Origin: Armatimonadota bacterium
GTDB taxonomy: Bacteria; Armatimonadota; HRBIN16
NCBI GenBank assembly: GCA_963677485.1
Contig: OY781964.1
Coordinates: forward strand, 3,040,001-3,104,000
DNA length: 64,000 nucleotides
Reading direction: 5' to 3'
Within the stretch, counting starts at the first letter, position 1. Each line of letters begins with the position of its first letter. Of the stretch, positions 42,244-53,467 are shown piece by piece. The notes under the pieces are model-generated. The model ran no database searches and was not told the DNA's origin. It saw only the letters and a program-made list of their open reading frames with translations. A program made the translations under genes and the position numbers.

Positions 42244-45200
42244 TGAGGTAAGCCTCCTCTGAGGTCGTGAGAGGTCAAAGGCCGACGCGTCATGCTGTCT
42301 GCGTCTTCCTCATCCTGCAAGCTGAGTTCCTTGTCGGAGTGGTCAAATACACTGACTTTTAAGCCGAGTGATTGCAGCTCTTTGACGAGAATCTTGAATG
42401 ATTCCGGAATACCGGGTTCATTCATCGGCTCACCCTTCACGATCGCCTCATACACCTTCACACGGCCCACTACGTCGTCAGACTTAAGGGTCAGCATCTC
42501 TTGAAGGGTATTGGCAGCACCGTATGCCTCCAGTGCCCACACTTCCATTTCACCGAAGCGCTGGCCACCGAACTGTGCTTTACCGCCCAGGGGCTGTTGG
42601 GTTACCAGACTGTATGGACCGGTAGATCGTGCGTGTATCTTATCGTCTACCAGGTGGTGCAGCTTCAGCATGTAGATGTAGCCCACGGTCAGCGGGTTGT
42701 CGAACTCTTCACCGGTCTGTCCATCGCGAACGAGGCACTTTCCGGTTTTTTCGTCGACGCCACACCTGTTCCATGTGTTCAGCTTGATCTTCTGCCATAT
42801 CTCTTCAAGCGGCTCAGGGTTGTAATTGACGTATCCTGCACCTTGGCCCAGTTGAACGCTATCGACAGCGGGCATCACGCCTGTTTCGCTCATCAATAAC
42901 GGGCTCAGTTCGGGTGCTGCATTGACGAGTTCTGCGATACGCTTCAGTTGGTCTGGCGCGGTTCGCTTCAGAGCATCAATGGTGGCATCACGTAGAGTGT
43001 CCTCTTCGTTAGCGTCGTCTGTAATGGCTAGTTCGGGCAGCACGATGCCAAGTTCCTGACCTAGATAGTTCCTGAGCACCGTCTCACGCATTGTGCGTGC
43101 CATACGGGCCAGTTCAGTCAGAATCTCTTTTTCGTTCGCGCCCTGGAATGCCGGGTTAGCGTAACTATATCCGAAGAAGTGACCAGGCCAGCCAAGGTGA
43201 GTTTCCATGATCTGTCCGATATTCATACGAGAAGGCACGCCTAACGGGTTCAACACGATGTCCACCGGGGTGCCATCGGGCAGGAACGGCATGTCCTCAT
43301 CGGGCAGGATCTTAGAGATAACACCCTTGTTGCCGTGACGTCCGGCCATCTTATCGCCTTCCATCACTTTGCGCTTCTGGGCTACGTATACACGCACCAG
43401 CATATTCACGCCTGCGGGTAGTTCATCTGCCGGCTGCTTCTCCACATCGCCACCGCAGCTGCGGCACATGACCGCTTCTTCCGGCTTTTTGCTCAGTTGT
43501 GTGATCTTGTGGCAAGATTTGCACTTGAAGTTGTAGCGGCTGAACACTTTGACGTCAACCACTTTGCCTTTTTCACCATGCGGCAGCTTCAGAGAGACGT
43601 CGCGTGTCTCTTCAGCCTTCTTACCAAAGATCGCAATGATCAGCCGCTCTTCAGCGGTGAGCTCACTTTGTCCCTTGGGCTGAACTTTACCTACAAGCAG
43701 GTCTTCAGGACGAACCTGAGCACCGATGCAGATAATACCGTTCTGGTCGAGGTCTTTGAGTGCGTCTTCGCTGATGTTCGGGATATCACGGGATATCTCT
43801 TCCGGTCCCAGCTTAGTATCACGCGCTTCCACTTCGTATCGCTCCATATGGATAGAGCTGTATACGTCGTCACGCACCATTCGCTGGCTGACCAAAATCG
43901 CATCTTCGTAGTTGTAGCCGTTCCATGGCACAAATGCTACCAGCAGGTTCTTACCGAGTGCCAGTTCACCGTTGTCGGTGCAGGGGCCGTCGGCAAGCAA
44001 CTGACCGGCTCGCACGCGCTGACCGGGGAATACCACCGGACGCTGCGAAACACATGTGCTCTGGTTGCTTTGCATATTGTTGATGACGCTGTATCGGTCG
44101 ATCGCACCATTGGTGTTCATGATCGATATAGACTCAGCCGTCACGTGGCGAACCACACCGCTATTGCGGGCCAGGATCATTACGCCAGAGTCTCTCGCGG
44201 CGCGGCCTTCAAAGCCGGTCTTAACCAGCGGAGCATCGCTTCGCAGCAGCGGCACAGCCTGCTTCTGCATGTTCGAGCCCATCAAGGCGCGGGTCGCGTC
44301 GTCGTTCTCAAGGAAGGGGATCAATGCAGAGGCGATCGACACCAACTGCACCGGAGCCACATCCATGAGGTCAACTTGAGCCTTCTTCACAACCGGGTAG
44401 ATAGTCTCCAGGTTGTTTAGGTGGCGCACCTGAACCATTTCGTCCTTGAGGTGACCATGGCTGTCCACACGGGTATCACCAGGGGCGATACGGCGGTCTT
44501 CATCCAGCTCTGCAGAGAGGTAGATGATGTCCTCGAGTACCTTGCCATCTTTGACGATGCGGTAAGGCGTCTCGATGAAGCCGAACTCGTTGACTTGAGC
44601 GTAGGTGGCCAACTGAGAAATCAGGCCGATGTTCGGGCCTTCAGGGGTCTCAATCGGGCAGATACGTCCGTAATGGCTATCATGAACGTCACGCACTTCC
44701 AGCGTGGCACTCTGTCGGGTTAAACCGCCAGGTCCTAGTGCTGAGAGACGTCGTTTGTGGGTCAGTTCGCTTAACGGGTTGGTCTGATCCATGAACTGCG
44801 ACAACTGGCTGCTGCCAAAGAAGCTCTTGATCGCAGCGGACACCGGCTTGATAGCCAGAATCACCTGCGGGATCACTTCCGCATCCTGTGCGGTCATTCG
44901 CTCCTTGGCCACTTTCTCCATGCGCAGGAAGCCGTTGCGAAGCTGGCTTTGCAGCAGCTCACCGACGGCGCGGACGCGCTTGTTCTTCAAGTGGTCAATT
45001 TCGTCCACTTCACCCACACCGGAGCACAGCTTCACAAGGTAGTGAAGGGTGGCCACGAAGTCTTCCTTCGTGATGGTGCGGACATCCAGCCCCATGTGAA
45101 TACCCAGCTTGCGGTTCAGCTTATAACGGCCAACACGCGCCAGGTCGTAACGGCGGTTGTCGTAGAACTGGCTGTGAATCAAGCTCTTAGCCGATTCATC

Positions 45201-46532
45201 AGTCGCGGGATCGCCAGGGCGCATTTTGCCGTAGATGTGCAGCAATGCCCACCGGCTGTTCATCACAGCTGTGGCAGCATCACGTTTGCGGCTGTTGCGT
45301 GCCTTATCTTCTTCGTATGCCTGAATCTCGTCTACCAGCGTAGCTGTAATGAGCGCAGGCACTTTCAGCAGCTTGATAGAGGCCAGACCGTAGTCGGCAA
45401 TAGACTTGGATAAAGGCTCGTTGATGTGGCTCCACGGCGGAATGGTGGTCGATCCTATTTGGATTGGCTCCACTGTCCACATGCCCCAGCCGGCTTCATT
45501 TTCAAAGTCCTTGCGGAAGAGATCTTCTCGAGTGGGGTTGCTGAATTCCACGGGCTCGCCGAAGAGGTGAAGTATGTCTTCGTTGGTGTCTGCCGCACTG
45601 GAGATCGCAACTTCCATCTCCAGCATCTCGTCGCTCAGTCCCTGAAGGAACTCAGAGGTGATGCGGCCACCTGAGGGGACAACTAAACCATTCGAGCTGT
45701 TAACCAGATCGTCCGTGTTAAGAGCAGGAGCAGTTTTGTAGTAATCTTCTACCTTCTCATTTTCGACCTGTTCCCGTGTGATTTCGCCTGTGTTTTCGTC
45801 AACCACATCAACGTAACCGCGGCTGACGGCACCTTCAAACATGCGGTTGATCGCATTTTTGAGTGGCATGTAGAGCGGCTGATGGGCCTCATCAAATGCA
45901 TTAAGGGCGCGGAGCAGCGTGGTGATGAATATCGGCTTACCTTGCCCGATTTTTACCTTCACCACGTCATCGGAGGCGGTATCCACCTCTATCCACGGGC
46001 CCTCGTTAGGAATCACTTTTGCACCGAAGATGTTCTTATGGGCCAGGAATGTTTCCAGCCAGACACCTGTCGGCGCTCCCTTGCGGAATATCTTGTCGAA
46101 GACGTTCTCGAAATAGACGCCCGAGGAGCGAATCAACTGGCTGACCACGACGCGTTCTCGCCCATTGATGATGAAAGTTCCCTTATCTGTCATCAAAGGC
46201 AAGTCGCCGAGGTAAACCTCAGATTCGGTGATCTCCATAGGGACACCACCCTCAACGCGACCATACCGTACCTTCGCACGAATAGGCACCTCGAAGGTCA
46301 TGTCGCGGTCGCGGCACTCTTCAAGGCTATATTTCGGTTCACCCAGAGTGTAGTCGAGCATTTCGACAAACTGCTGGTTTGTAAAATCGTAAATTGGGGA
46401 AAAGTCGTGGAAGAGCTCCTTTAGGCCCTCTTCCAGAAACCACTTGTAGGATTTTAGTTGCACAGATATGAGGTTTGGAAGTTCTTGTCTGTACGGGGTT
46501 TTGGACTTATCCGAGTAGTGAGTCTTGATCAA
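42240..46532 (-). CDS. rpoB: DNA-directed RNA polymerase beta subunit (TTG start at 46532)
   Basis: [37 protein letters not shown]; AGGAGG lies 9 nt before the TTG. Confidence 0.99.
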
Positions 46533-46772
46533 TTCGGGTACCCTCCTACGGCCTGCACGCAAATAGTAATTATTACACAGAAATTCCAAGACGTCAAGTT
46601 TTAGTCATTTGGCCGGGTTTTTCACCCTGTGCCACTCAAATGACCTGTTTTGCGTCTTGGTAAGCCAAGATCCCCTGTTGCTATATGCAGTGCACTGCAT
46701 AAAACTGTGCAACCGTTACATTTACAATTACTGGCAAAAGTGAACAGCCGCAACCGGGAGTATTTCGAACCT

Positions 46773-48950
46773 TTACTTCTTACCTATGTGGTAACTCTTT
46801 CTACCGGCCTGCATGGTGCCGAGTTTAACGATCGATCCTTCGTCGCCTGAAAACACCAGATCGGTGCCATCTATAGTGTAACCCATTGGTAGGTATACAT
46901 ACACTTTCGTGCTTGAACACTGTGTCCGCTTGTCGTTGGCGGTGATGATAAAGCTGGATCCACTTTGGCTGCTGCTGAACACTTCGGCACCGCAGAACAC
47001 GCTGGTATCTGCCCCGACTATCGCCGGTTTTTTTGAAACTGGCGTGATGCGGTAGACCTGCGCGGTGTGTTTGGCCATGTTGAGCGTCAGCTTGTCAGCG
47101 ATGAAGCCTTCCAGCCTGGATTCCCAGCCGTTGAACAAAACACACGGACCCTTCAAGCCAAGATCAGTGAGCTCTATTGTTTTGACTGTCTCTGTGTCAC
47201 TCCAGTTATAGACCGCCAGCAGTTTGGAGCCATCCTCCAGGTCGATGACCAGTGTAGAGGGCTGACCCGCTTCAAAGAAGTCCAGGGGACGACCCGCCTT
47301 ACCCAGCACCGGCAGGATGTGGTGGTAGAGCTGCTTACGGTCGTTGCCGATTTTGTCGATAAACTCGTTGATCAGCGAAGCTCCGCCGCTGAACGCCACG
47401 GAAGTAGCCCACACGCGTGCCTCCTCGTAAGGGATCACCGCGCTGTCGCCGATATCGTAGTCGCGCACCACCAGACCATCAGGGTCGTTGATAAACAGCC
47501 TGTCGTGGTAGAAATACCGCAGCGCGATGTTGTTGGAGCACCACTTGATCAGGTTCCACTGGTTCTTGCTCTCTGTGCCCCATTGGGTGATGTCCTCTGT
47601 CACACGGATGCCGTCCAGGATGCCGATGCTTTCCGGGATGGGGGCACCGCAGGCAAGCAGGTAGACATCCTTACCCACCGCGTCACGGATGGTCTTCAAT
47701 GCCCGCCGGTAGATCGCCACGATGTAGTCATCGGGATAGATCACCAACTGCTCGTTGCTGTATGCTGAACGCAACCCCATCAGCAGGAAGTCCAGCTTGA
47801 AGTAGCTGGCACCATACTCTTTGGTGGCGCGCTCGAAGATAGTTTTCAAATACTCCAGTGTCTCAGGCTTGTTGATGGCCATCGGGTAACAGTAATCTTC
47901 TTTGTTGGAGTATGTCAGGGTATACTCCGCTGCCGCATCATTGGTCTTCACATACTTGTATTGGGGGTAGTCGGTGAAGAAACCCGAGGATGTGCTGGTA
48001 ATGAACGGCGCGAACCAGAGCCCGAAATCAACGTCGTGGCTCTTAACCTCAGAAGCCACTTCGTTCAAGCCGTCTATACGGGGCGTCCAATAACCGCCAA
48101 AGGATTGTCCGCGCTGCCAGCCGTCGTCCAGTTGCAGCGTGTTGGGTTTCGTCTGCCCGTATTCTGACATCAAGTTGTGCAGCGCCGCTTTGGCAACATC
48201 CTTCGATAGATTGCCGTAGGCGCATGACCATGAGCACCAGCCTGTAGGAATCTTGTCCGTCACCTTGACTCGGTAGCGTTTGGCCATGATGTCGGTGTAG
48301 GTGCGGAACAACTCGTCCACTTGTTTGGGAGCCGAAATGATAAACTTCTCCAGCCGATAGCTTTGCCCCTTGATGAGCGGCTTGTCTTCCATCGCAAATC
48401 GCACTTTTACACCATTCGGTGTGTAGCGAAGGTAAGCCCAGAAACGGTCTACCGTGGTCAGGGCCACCCCCAGCAGCTTGCCAGTTTTAGCGCTGTGCCA
48501 TGCCCCCACATCTTTCGACATCTGCCCGTTGCTGTCGGCCATCGAACGAACCGTCACCCGGGAGTTTGTGGTGTCGCTGTTCGCGAACACCCGCACGTCG
48601 GAGGCCGTCAGATCGGGGGTGAACAACAGCTCACAATCGACGAACTTCAGGCTCTTCTCAGTGATGGGTTTCAGGCTGAGGGTGTACTCGTTCGTCTGGC
48701 CGTTGACCGACTTTACGGCAACGGTCACCGCCGTCACGCCGTCACTCAGTTTGCCAGGGCTGTGCAGCTGCACCGGCAGCGTGTTGATGGTGCCATCGGT
48801 ATAAGTCATGACGATATTAGCAGTTTGAATATTGAGCTTCGCAAGCTCAGCCAGCGGAGCCGCTCCGCTAGCCGCTGAAGAGGCCAGAAGGGATGTCATA
48901 GAAAACAGCATGAGGTACGCCTCGGTGAATTTAAGAAGTTGGTTTTTCAT
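46773..48950 (-). CDS. Secreted alpha-galactosidase-like glycoside hydrolase (GH36/clan D)
   Basis: PTGWCSWS, QLDDGWQ, GLWFAPF, YFKLDF, INDPDGL; signal peptide. Confidence 0.8.
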   Translation of the reverse strand: MKNQLLKFTEAYLMLFSMTSLLASSAASGAAPLAELAKLNIQTANIVMTYTDGTINTLPVQLHSPGKLSDGVTAVTVAVKSVNGQTNEYTLSLKPITEKSLKFVDCELLFTPDLTASDVRVFANSDTTNSRVTVRSMADSNGQMSKDVGAWHSAKTGKLLGVALTTVDRFWAYLRYTPNGVKVRFAMEDKPLIKGQSYRLEKFIISAPKQVDELFRTYTDIMAKRYRVKVTDKIPTGWCSWSCAYGNLSKDVAKAALHNLMSEYGQTKPNTLQLDDGWQRGQSFGGYWTPRIDGLNEVASEVKSHDVDFGLWFAPFITSTSSGFFTDYPQYKYVKTNDAAAEYTLTYSNKEDYCYPMAINKPETLEYLKTIFERATKEYGASYFKLDFLLMGLRSAYSNEQLVIYPDDYIVAIYRRALKTIRDAVGKDVYLLACGAPIPESIGILDGIRVTEDITQWGTESKNQWNLIKWCSNNIALRYFYHDRLFINDPDGLVVRDYDIGDSAVIPYEEARVWATSVAFSGGASLINEFIDKIGNDRKQLYHHILPVLGKAGRPLDFFEAGQPSTLVIDLEDGSKLLAVYNWSDTETVKTIELTDLGLKGPCVLFNGWESRLEGFIADKLTLNMAKHTAQVYRITPVSKKPAIVGADTSVFCGAEVFSSSQSGSSFIITANDKRTQCSSTKVYVYLPMGYTIDGTDLVFSGDEGSIVKLGTMQAGRKSYHIGKK

Positions 48951-49079
48951 GATTGCTCTCATATATGATAGCTTGTATACCAGTGCGTTGCCACGTGATG
49001 CTGTGCGATGACATTCCTTCACGTGGGTGGTGGAATGCATGTTTTAGGTGGTGCGGTCTGGTTCCACATGCGAACTCAC

Positions 49080-49739
49080 TCAGCCTCGGTTCAACGCATC
49101 CGCAGCCACCGCAAGGCAGTTGGTGGTGATGGAATCCACCCCCATACTGACCAGGGCTATCATGTCGTCGCGGTGATCTACGGTCCAGACATAGAGCTTC
49201 AGCCCGGTTTGCTTCGCGGTGTCGACCAATGTGGGGGTGAGGAGACGGTAGTTGATGTTCAGTCCAAAGGCACCTGTCGCCACTATCTGTTCGCAGAGTT
49301 CGGCACAGGGGTCGCTGAAACCCAGATCGGGCAACGAGGTCTCCGCTGACACTATGTTGACCATATACCGCATACCCGCGATGTGCGGGCTCAGTGTCCC
49401 AATGTCCGCGAAACTCAAGCCTGTGAGGAAGCTCCTGTCAAGCAGGTAGCGAAGTAGCAGCTCATCTTTCAAGCCGACCACCGCCTCACGCTGCTTTACA
49501 TCGATGTTCAACATATAGCTATGCTGCGCCATATGCTCCAGCACGCGCTCAAACGGCACTGCATCTGAACCTGGCGGATGGTCGTGGGAGATCACCCGCC
49601 GGGCGTTCGCATCAAGACTGAGGTCAACCTCAATGATGTCTGGGTGGTACGCCACCGCGGTACGGAGGTATTCAAGCGTATTCGGCTTGGTCCCCTCCGC
49701 ACCGGAGTGCGCGGTCAACAATACCTTCTGCGGTCTCAT
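49080..49739 (-). CDS. Glycerophosphodiester phosphodiesterase family protein
   Basis: AHSGA...NT, IEVD, SHD, WTVD, GVDSITTN. Confidence 0.85.
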   Translation of the reverse strand: MRPQKVLLTAHSGAEGTKPNTLEYLRTAVAYHPDIIEVDLSLDANARRVISHDHPPGSDAVPFERVLEHMAQHSYMLNIDVKQREAVVGLKDELLLRYLLDRSFLTGLSFADIGTLSPHIAGMRYMVNIVSAETSLPDLGFSDPCAELCEQIVATGAFGLNINYRLLTPTLVDTAKQTGLKLYVWTVDHRDDMIALVSMGVDSITTNCLAVAADALNRG

Positions 49740-49764
49740 ATCACCCAGCTCTCGCGAGTTTTCG

Positions 49765-51000
49765 CTACAGGTGTGCGAAAGCCCCTTCGAGGTCCGCGAT
49801 CAGATCCTCAGGGTCTTCTAGCCCCACGGAGAAGCGGAAGACGCCATCGCCTGCATAACTGCGCCAGGAGGCAAGCTGCTCTGTGTCCAGTTTGAAGGTG
49901 GTCTGCAGCAAATCGTCTGTGCCGAGGTAGAAGATCAGCGACCGGTGGTGGCCCAACGAGACCGCATAGTGAATCACGTGCAGGTTGTCAGCAAGCACAT
50001 GAGCCGCGGCGGCTCCATTTTCCAACTGGAAGGTGATCATACCGGAGAAGTTTTTCATCTGCCGGCAGGCCAGTTCATACTGGGGGTGTGAGGGCAAGCC
50101 TGGGTACATCACGCGCTTCACGTGCGGGTTGCTCTCCAGCCACTTGGCAATCTTGAGCGCGCTCTCCTCGTGCGCCCTCATGCGCAGCGGGAAGGTCGCC
50201 AGACCGCGCATGATCAGCCATGCGTTGAATGGGCTCAGTATACCGCCCAGGCGGAGCGCTGTCGACCGGCGGATGCAATTCACCAGCTTCTTCGAACCCA
50301 GGATCGTGCCACCCAATGCGTCGCCATGCCCACCTAGATACTTGGTGAGGGAGTGGACCACAAAGTCAGCACCAAGCTCAAGCGGTTTTGTGGCAGCAGG
50401 GGTCGCGAAGGTCGAATCGACGGACAGCAGTGCGCCGCCCGCATGGGCTACTTCGGCTACCGCGGCGATGTCGGTCAGACGCATGATGGGGTTACATGGC
50501 GTTTCGATGTGTACCAGCCGGGTGTTTGGTTTCATCGCCTTGCGCACATTCTCAGGGTCAGACGTGTTGACGCGCGTCACAGTGATACCAAGCGCCGGTA
50601 ATACTTCGTTCGCACTTTCCGAAACAGCAGCATAAGCGACATCGCTGATCACCGCATGGTCACCGGATTTGAGGGTGTGAAGCAGTAGCCCGAACATAGC
50701 GGCCATCCCACTGCCAAACGCCACGGCGGTCTCAGCGCCTTCCATGGCCGCCAGCTTCTGCTCAAGTTGGCTGACGGTGGGGTTTCCCCAGCGTGTATAG
50801 GCATAACCAGGGTCATCGCCCATCGCTTCAGCCGAGAAAGCGGCGCAGGCATCGACCACAAAAGTGGTGGACATCACCAGATTCGGTGCCGAGGCGTGGG
50901 TGATGGGGTCAGGTGCTTCCCCAGCGTGGATAGCGATGGTCCGGTCACCGTAAGGCTGCGTGTTGGTTTCGCCTTTTTTTGCAGGATCAGGGGTGTTCAT
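49765..51000 (-). CDS. Cys/Met metabolism PLP enzyme (methionine gamma-lyase / cystathionine gamma-synthase family)
   Basis: YTRWGNPT, SGMAA, ETPCNP, HSLTKYLGGHGD, VSLG, RFSVGLED. Confidence 0.9.
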   Translation of the reverse strand: MNTPDPAKKGETNTQPYGDRTIAIHAGEAPDPITHASAPNLVMSTTFVVDACAAFSAEAMGDDPGYAYTRWGNPTVSQLEQKLAAMEGAETAVAFGSGMAAMFGLLLHTLKSGDHAVISDVAYAAVSESANEVLPALGITVTRVNTSDPENVRKAMKPNTRLVHIETPCNPIMRLTDIAAVAEVAHAGGALLSVDSTFATPAATKPLELGADFVVHSLTKYLGGHGDALGGTILGSKKLVNCIRRSTALRLGGILSPFNAWLIMRGLATFPLRMRAHEESALKIAKWLESNPHVKRVMYPGLPSHPQYELACRQMKNFSGMITFQLENGAAAAHVLADNLHVIHYAVSLGHHRSLIFYLGTDDLLQTTFKLDTEQLASWRSYAGDGVFRFSVGLEDPEDLIADLEGAFAHL

Positions 51001-51110
51001 ATGTTCGTCTCCTTTCACGAAAGGTATCCGAGATAAACCGTTGATGCACCCCAGCTTACCAGGATGCTATGAGTTCATTATACAGGCCATGATGTGCTGT
51101 CGTTTCATCA

Positions 51111-51710
51111 TCAACCACGCGAGCCATATTCTGGCAGAAGCGGGATCCCCAGCGCCTCCAGCTCGCGGCACAACAGAGCGGTGGGGAGGCCTACCACATT
51201 GTTGTAACAGCCACAGACTCGATCCACCAACACCGCGCCGTATCCTTGAATGGCATAGGCTCCAGCCTTATCCATCGGCTCACCGGTCGCCACATAACGC
51301 TGGAGCAACCCATCATCGACCTGTCGGAAGAAGACATCGGTCGATTCTGACTTCACTACCATCACACCTTGACTGCGGCATATCAGAGCGATGCCGGTAT
51401 GAACCTGATGGCACTGGCCGTTGAGCAACTGGAGCATCTGCAGTGCGTGTGCCGCGTCATCGGGCTTGCCCAGCACGTGCTGCTGATAGGCGACCAGCGT
51501 GTCGGAACCCAGCACCAGCGAATCCGGATATTGGGCTGCGATGACCTCCGCTTTCCGCCTGGCCAGCTCCCGCACCATCTCGGCGGGGCTTAAGGTATCA
51601 TCGATGGTCTCATCTACATCAGCCGGGAGAACGCGGAACTGCACTCCCAGTTGTGATAGCAGCTCAGTCCGGCGTGGCGAAGCGGAGGCGAGGATTATTT
51701 CGGTTGGCAT
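51111..51710 (-). CDS. maf: Maf nucleoside triphosphate pyrophosphatase
   Basis: ILASASPRR, GSDT, GKP, DKAGAYAIQG, NVVGLP. Confidence 0.93.
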   Translation of the reverse strand: MPTEIILASASPRRTELLSQLGVQFRVLPADVDETIDDTLSPAEMVRELARRKAEVIAAQYPDSLVLGSDTLVAYQQHVLGKPDDAAHALQMLQLLNGQCHQVHTGIALICRSQGVMVVKSESTDVFFRQVDDGLLQRYVATGEPMDKAGAYAIQGYGAVLVDRVCGCYNNVVGLPTALLCRELEALGIPLLPEYGSRG

Positions 51711-51753
51711 ATATATTCCTGTATTTTTGTATTGGACGGATCGGGCGGATGGC

Positions 51754-51805
51754 AGGGGGCAAGCACAGGGCAAGCACGGGGGCAAGCACGGGGGCTTGCC
51801 CCTAC
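51754..51805. repeat. GTAG-type REP with an internally triplicated GGGGCAAGCAC unit
   Basis: GGGGGCAAGCACA-GGGGCAAGCACG-GGGGCAAGCACG-GGGGCTTGCCCCTAC. Confidence 0.6.
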
Positions 51806-51810
51806 ACTGC

Positions 51811-53370
51811 CTATTTCATTTGCTCCTGCGTCAGCATCACATCCGGTTGCGGGTTGCCGGTTACCGTGAATCCCCTGATTTTGAAGCTGACCTGCTGGGC
51901 GGTGTCAGAACGTGCCCAGAGCATATCCTCGCGGTAGGGGTCGTTCATCAAGAAGCCGGTGACGTCGATGTTGATATCCCCACCAATGAGAAATGCGCGA
52001 CCACCAGCGTCGGCGGCATTCGCTGCGGCTGGACCAAACCGGGGAGAGTCATTATAGCTGGCCACAAACACGCCGGTCGCCATGAAGGTGGGACGTATGC
52101 CCACATTCGACTTGATGCCGTAAGTCGGCTCTACCACGAAGGCTCCCTGCCGAGCCACCTCACCCGGCTTGCTGGAAGCCACCGTGGGGAACTTCACACC
52201 ATCCTGGACTGCGGTGGATATCCACGCGTTGGAGATGCGGTTGGACAGGTGGGTCGGCCACACGAAATGCACGCCGATCACGCACTGGTCCACCTTCAGC
52301 GCGCTGATGTCACCCCATGCACCATTGCCGAGGTAAGGGGCGTTCTCCCAAACGCCGTAGCCTTTGCCCTCTTCAAGATCGTAATACGAGGTGGTCATCC
52401 GCACGGGGTCGACCAGCGGATACTGCTTGCTCACCCCGATTTGAATACCCGTATGGATGCCAAAGAAGGTGACATCATCCAGCGTGTAGCCATCGGCTTG
52501 CGCCAGTTGGATGCCCACATTGTTAGGGCTCGTGGTGATGATGCCGAAAATCCACGAATAGGTTTTATCGCCCATCTTACCAGGGTTGATGTAGTTCACA
52601 TTCGGCACGCCATGAACATGCATGATGCGGTTCACATCAAAACAACGGCCCATCACAAATCCGCGGCCGTAGCCGTTCAGATAGATGCGGTCGGCGATGC
52701 ACTTGCCGCCCTCCACCTGGAAATAGAAGTCGTTGTAGCGGTCGCAGGCGATGTCTTCGATCACTACATTGGCGCTCGAGGTGTAGAACGTGGGGCCATA
52801 TGGCTTCACGTGGTCTTTGATATAACCACGCTGGGCCGCCTCAAACGAGGGGTAATAGAAATTCGAGTTCTTGTCCTGGAACTCCTCATCACTTGGGAAC
52901 GGCTGCTGGTCATACATAATCACCAGACCCTTCACGGTCACCCCCGCCTGCAGAAGGAACAGCGGCTGTTTCTGCTTGCCTGCATACTGGTCAATCCGTG
53001 GCCGGGCCAAAATCCGGGAACCCACCACCTGCGTTTGGTAACAGACCTGGTTGGTGCTGAAACCGGCCAGACTGCCCACTAGAGAGACCCCAGGCGGGAT
53101 AGTCAGCACATTGGTCAGCACATAGCCCTTGTTGGCACTCACAGGCGGCACACGCACACATCCACCGATGGGAGCCGCGGCGCTCAGTGCCTTGCGGAAT
53201 GCCTCCGTGTCATCGGTGACCCCATCGCCCTTGGCACCGAAAAGACGCACGTTGAACACGCCATCTATCGGCAGAGCGGCTGGCTTGACGACTGCCTTCG
53301 GCGCAGCGAATGCGGTGCTGGCCAGCACCATTGTGAATAAGCCAATCCCGAACCATTTCGTGAGCCCCAT
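51811..53370 (-). CDS. Secreted pectate-lyase-superfamily (beta-helix) protein
   Basis: Signal peptide; NVRLFGAKGDGVTDDTEAF N-terminal motif. Confidence 0.75.
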   Translation of the reverse strand: MGLTKWFGIGLFTMVLASTAFAAPKAVVKPAALPIDGVFNVRLFGAKGDGVTDDTEAFRKALSAAAPIGGCVRVPPVSANKGYVLTNVLTIPPGVSLVGSLAGFSTNQVCYQTQVVGSRILARPRIDQYAGKQKQPLFLLQAGVTVKGLVIMYDQQPFPSDEEFQDKNSNFYYPSFEAAQRGYIKDHVKPYGPTFYTSSANVVIEDIACDRYNDFYFQVEGGKCIADRIYLNGYGRGFVMGRCFDVNRIMHVHGVPNVNYINPGKMGDKTYSWIFGIITTSPNNVGIQLAQADGYTLDDVTFFGIHTGIQIGVSKQYPLVDPVRMTTSYYDLEEGKGYGVWENAPYLGNGAWGDISALKVDQCVIGVHFVWPTHLSNRISNAWISTAVQDGVKFPTVASSKPGEVARQGAFVVEPTYGIKSNVGIRPTFMATGVFVASYNDSPRFGPAAANAADAGGRAFLIGGDINIDVTGFLMNDPYREDMLWARSDTAQQVSFKIRGFTVTGNPQPDVMLTQEQMK

Positions 53371-53467
53371 TATTTGATCTCCTCTATTATTAGCAGCACA
53401 ATGTAATGTCAGACGGATTGGACCGATCCGACGGATCCGTCCAATGAATCACTCCTGAACACGGTAC

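Noticed and set aside
46533-46589. N-terminal extension of RpoB in the ORF track
   Set aside because: The AGGAGG RBS points to the TTG at 46532.
51499-53082. 527-aa plus-strand ORF
   Set aside because: Antisense shadow of the beta-helix gene and maf; no recognisable motifs.
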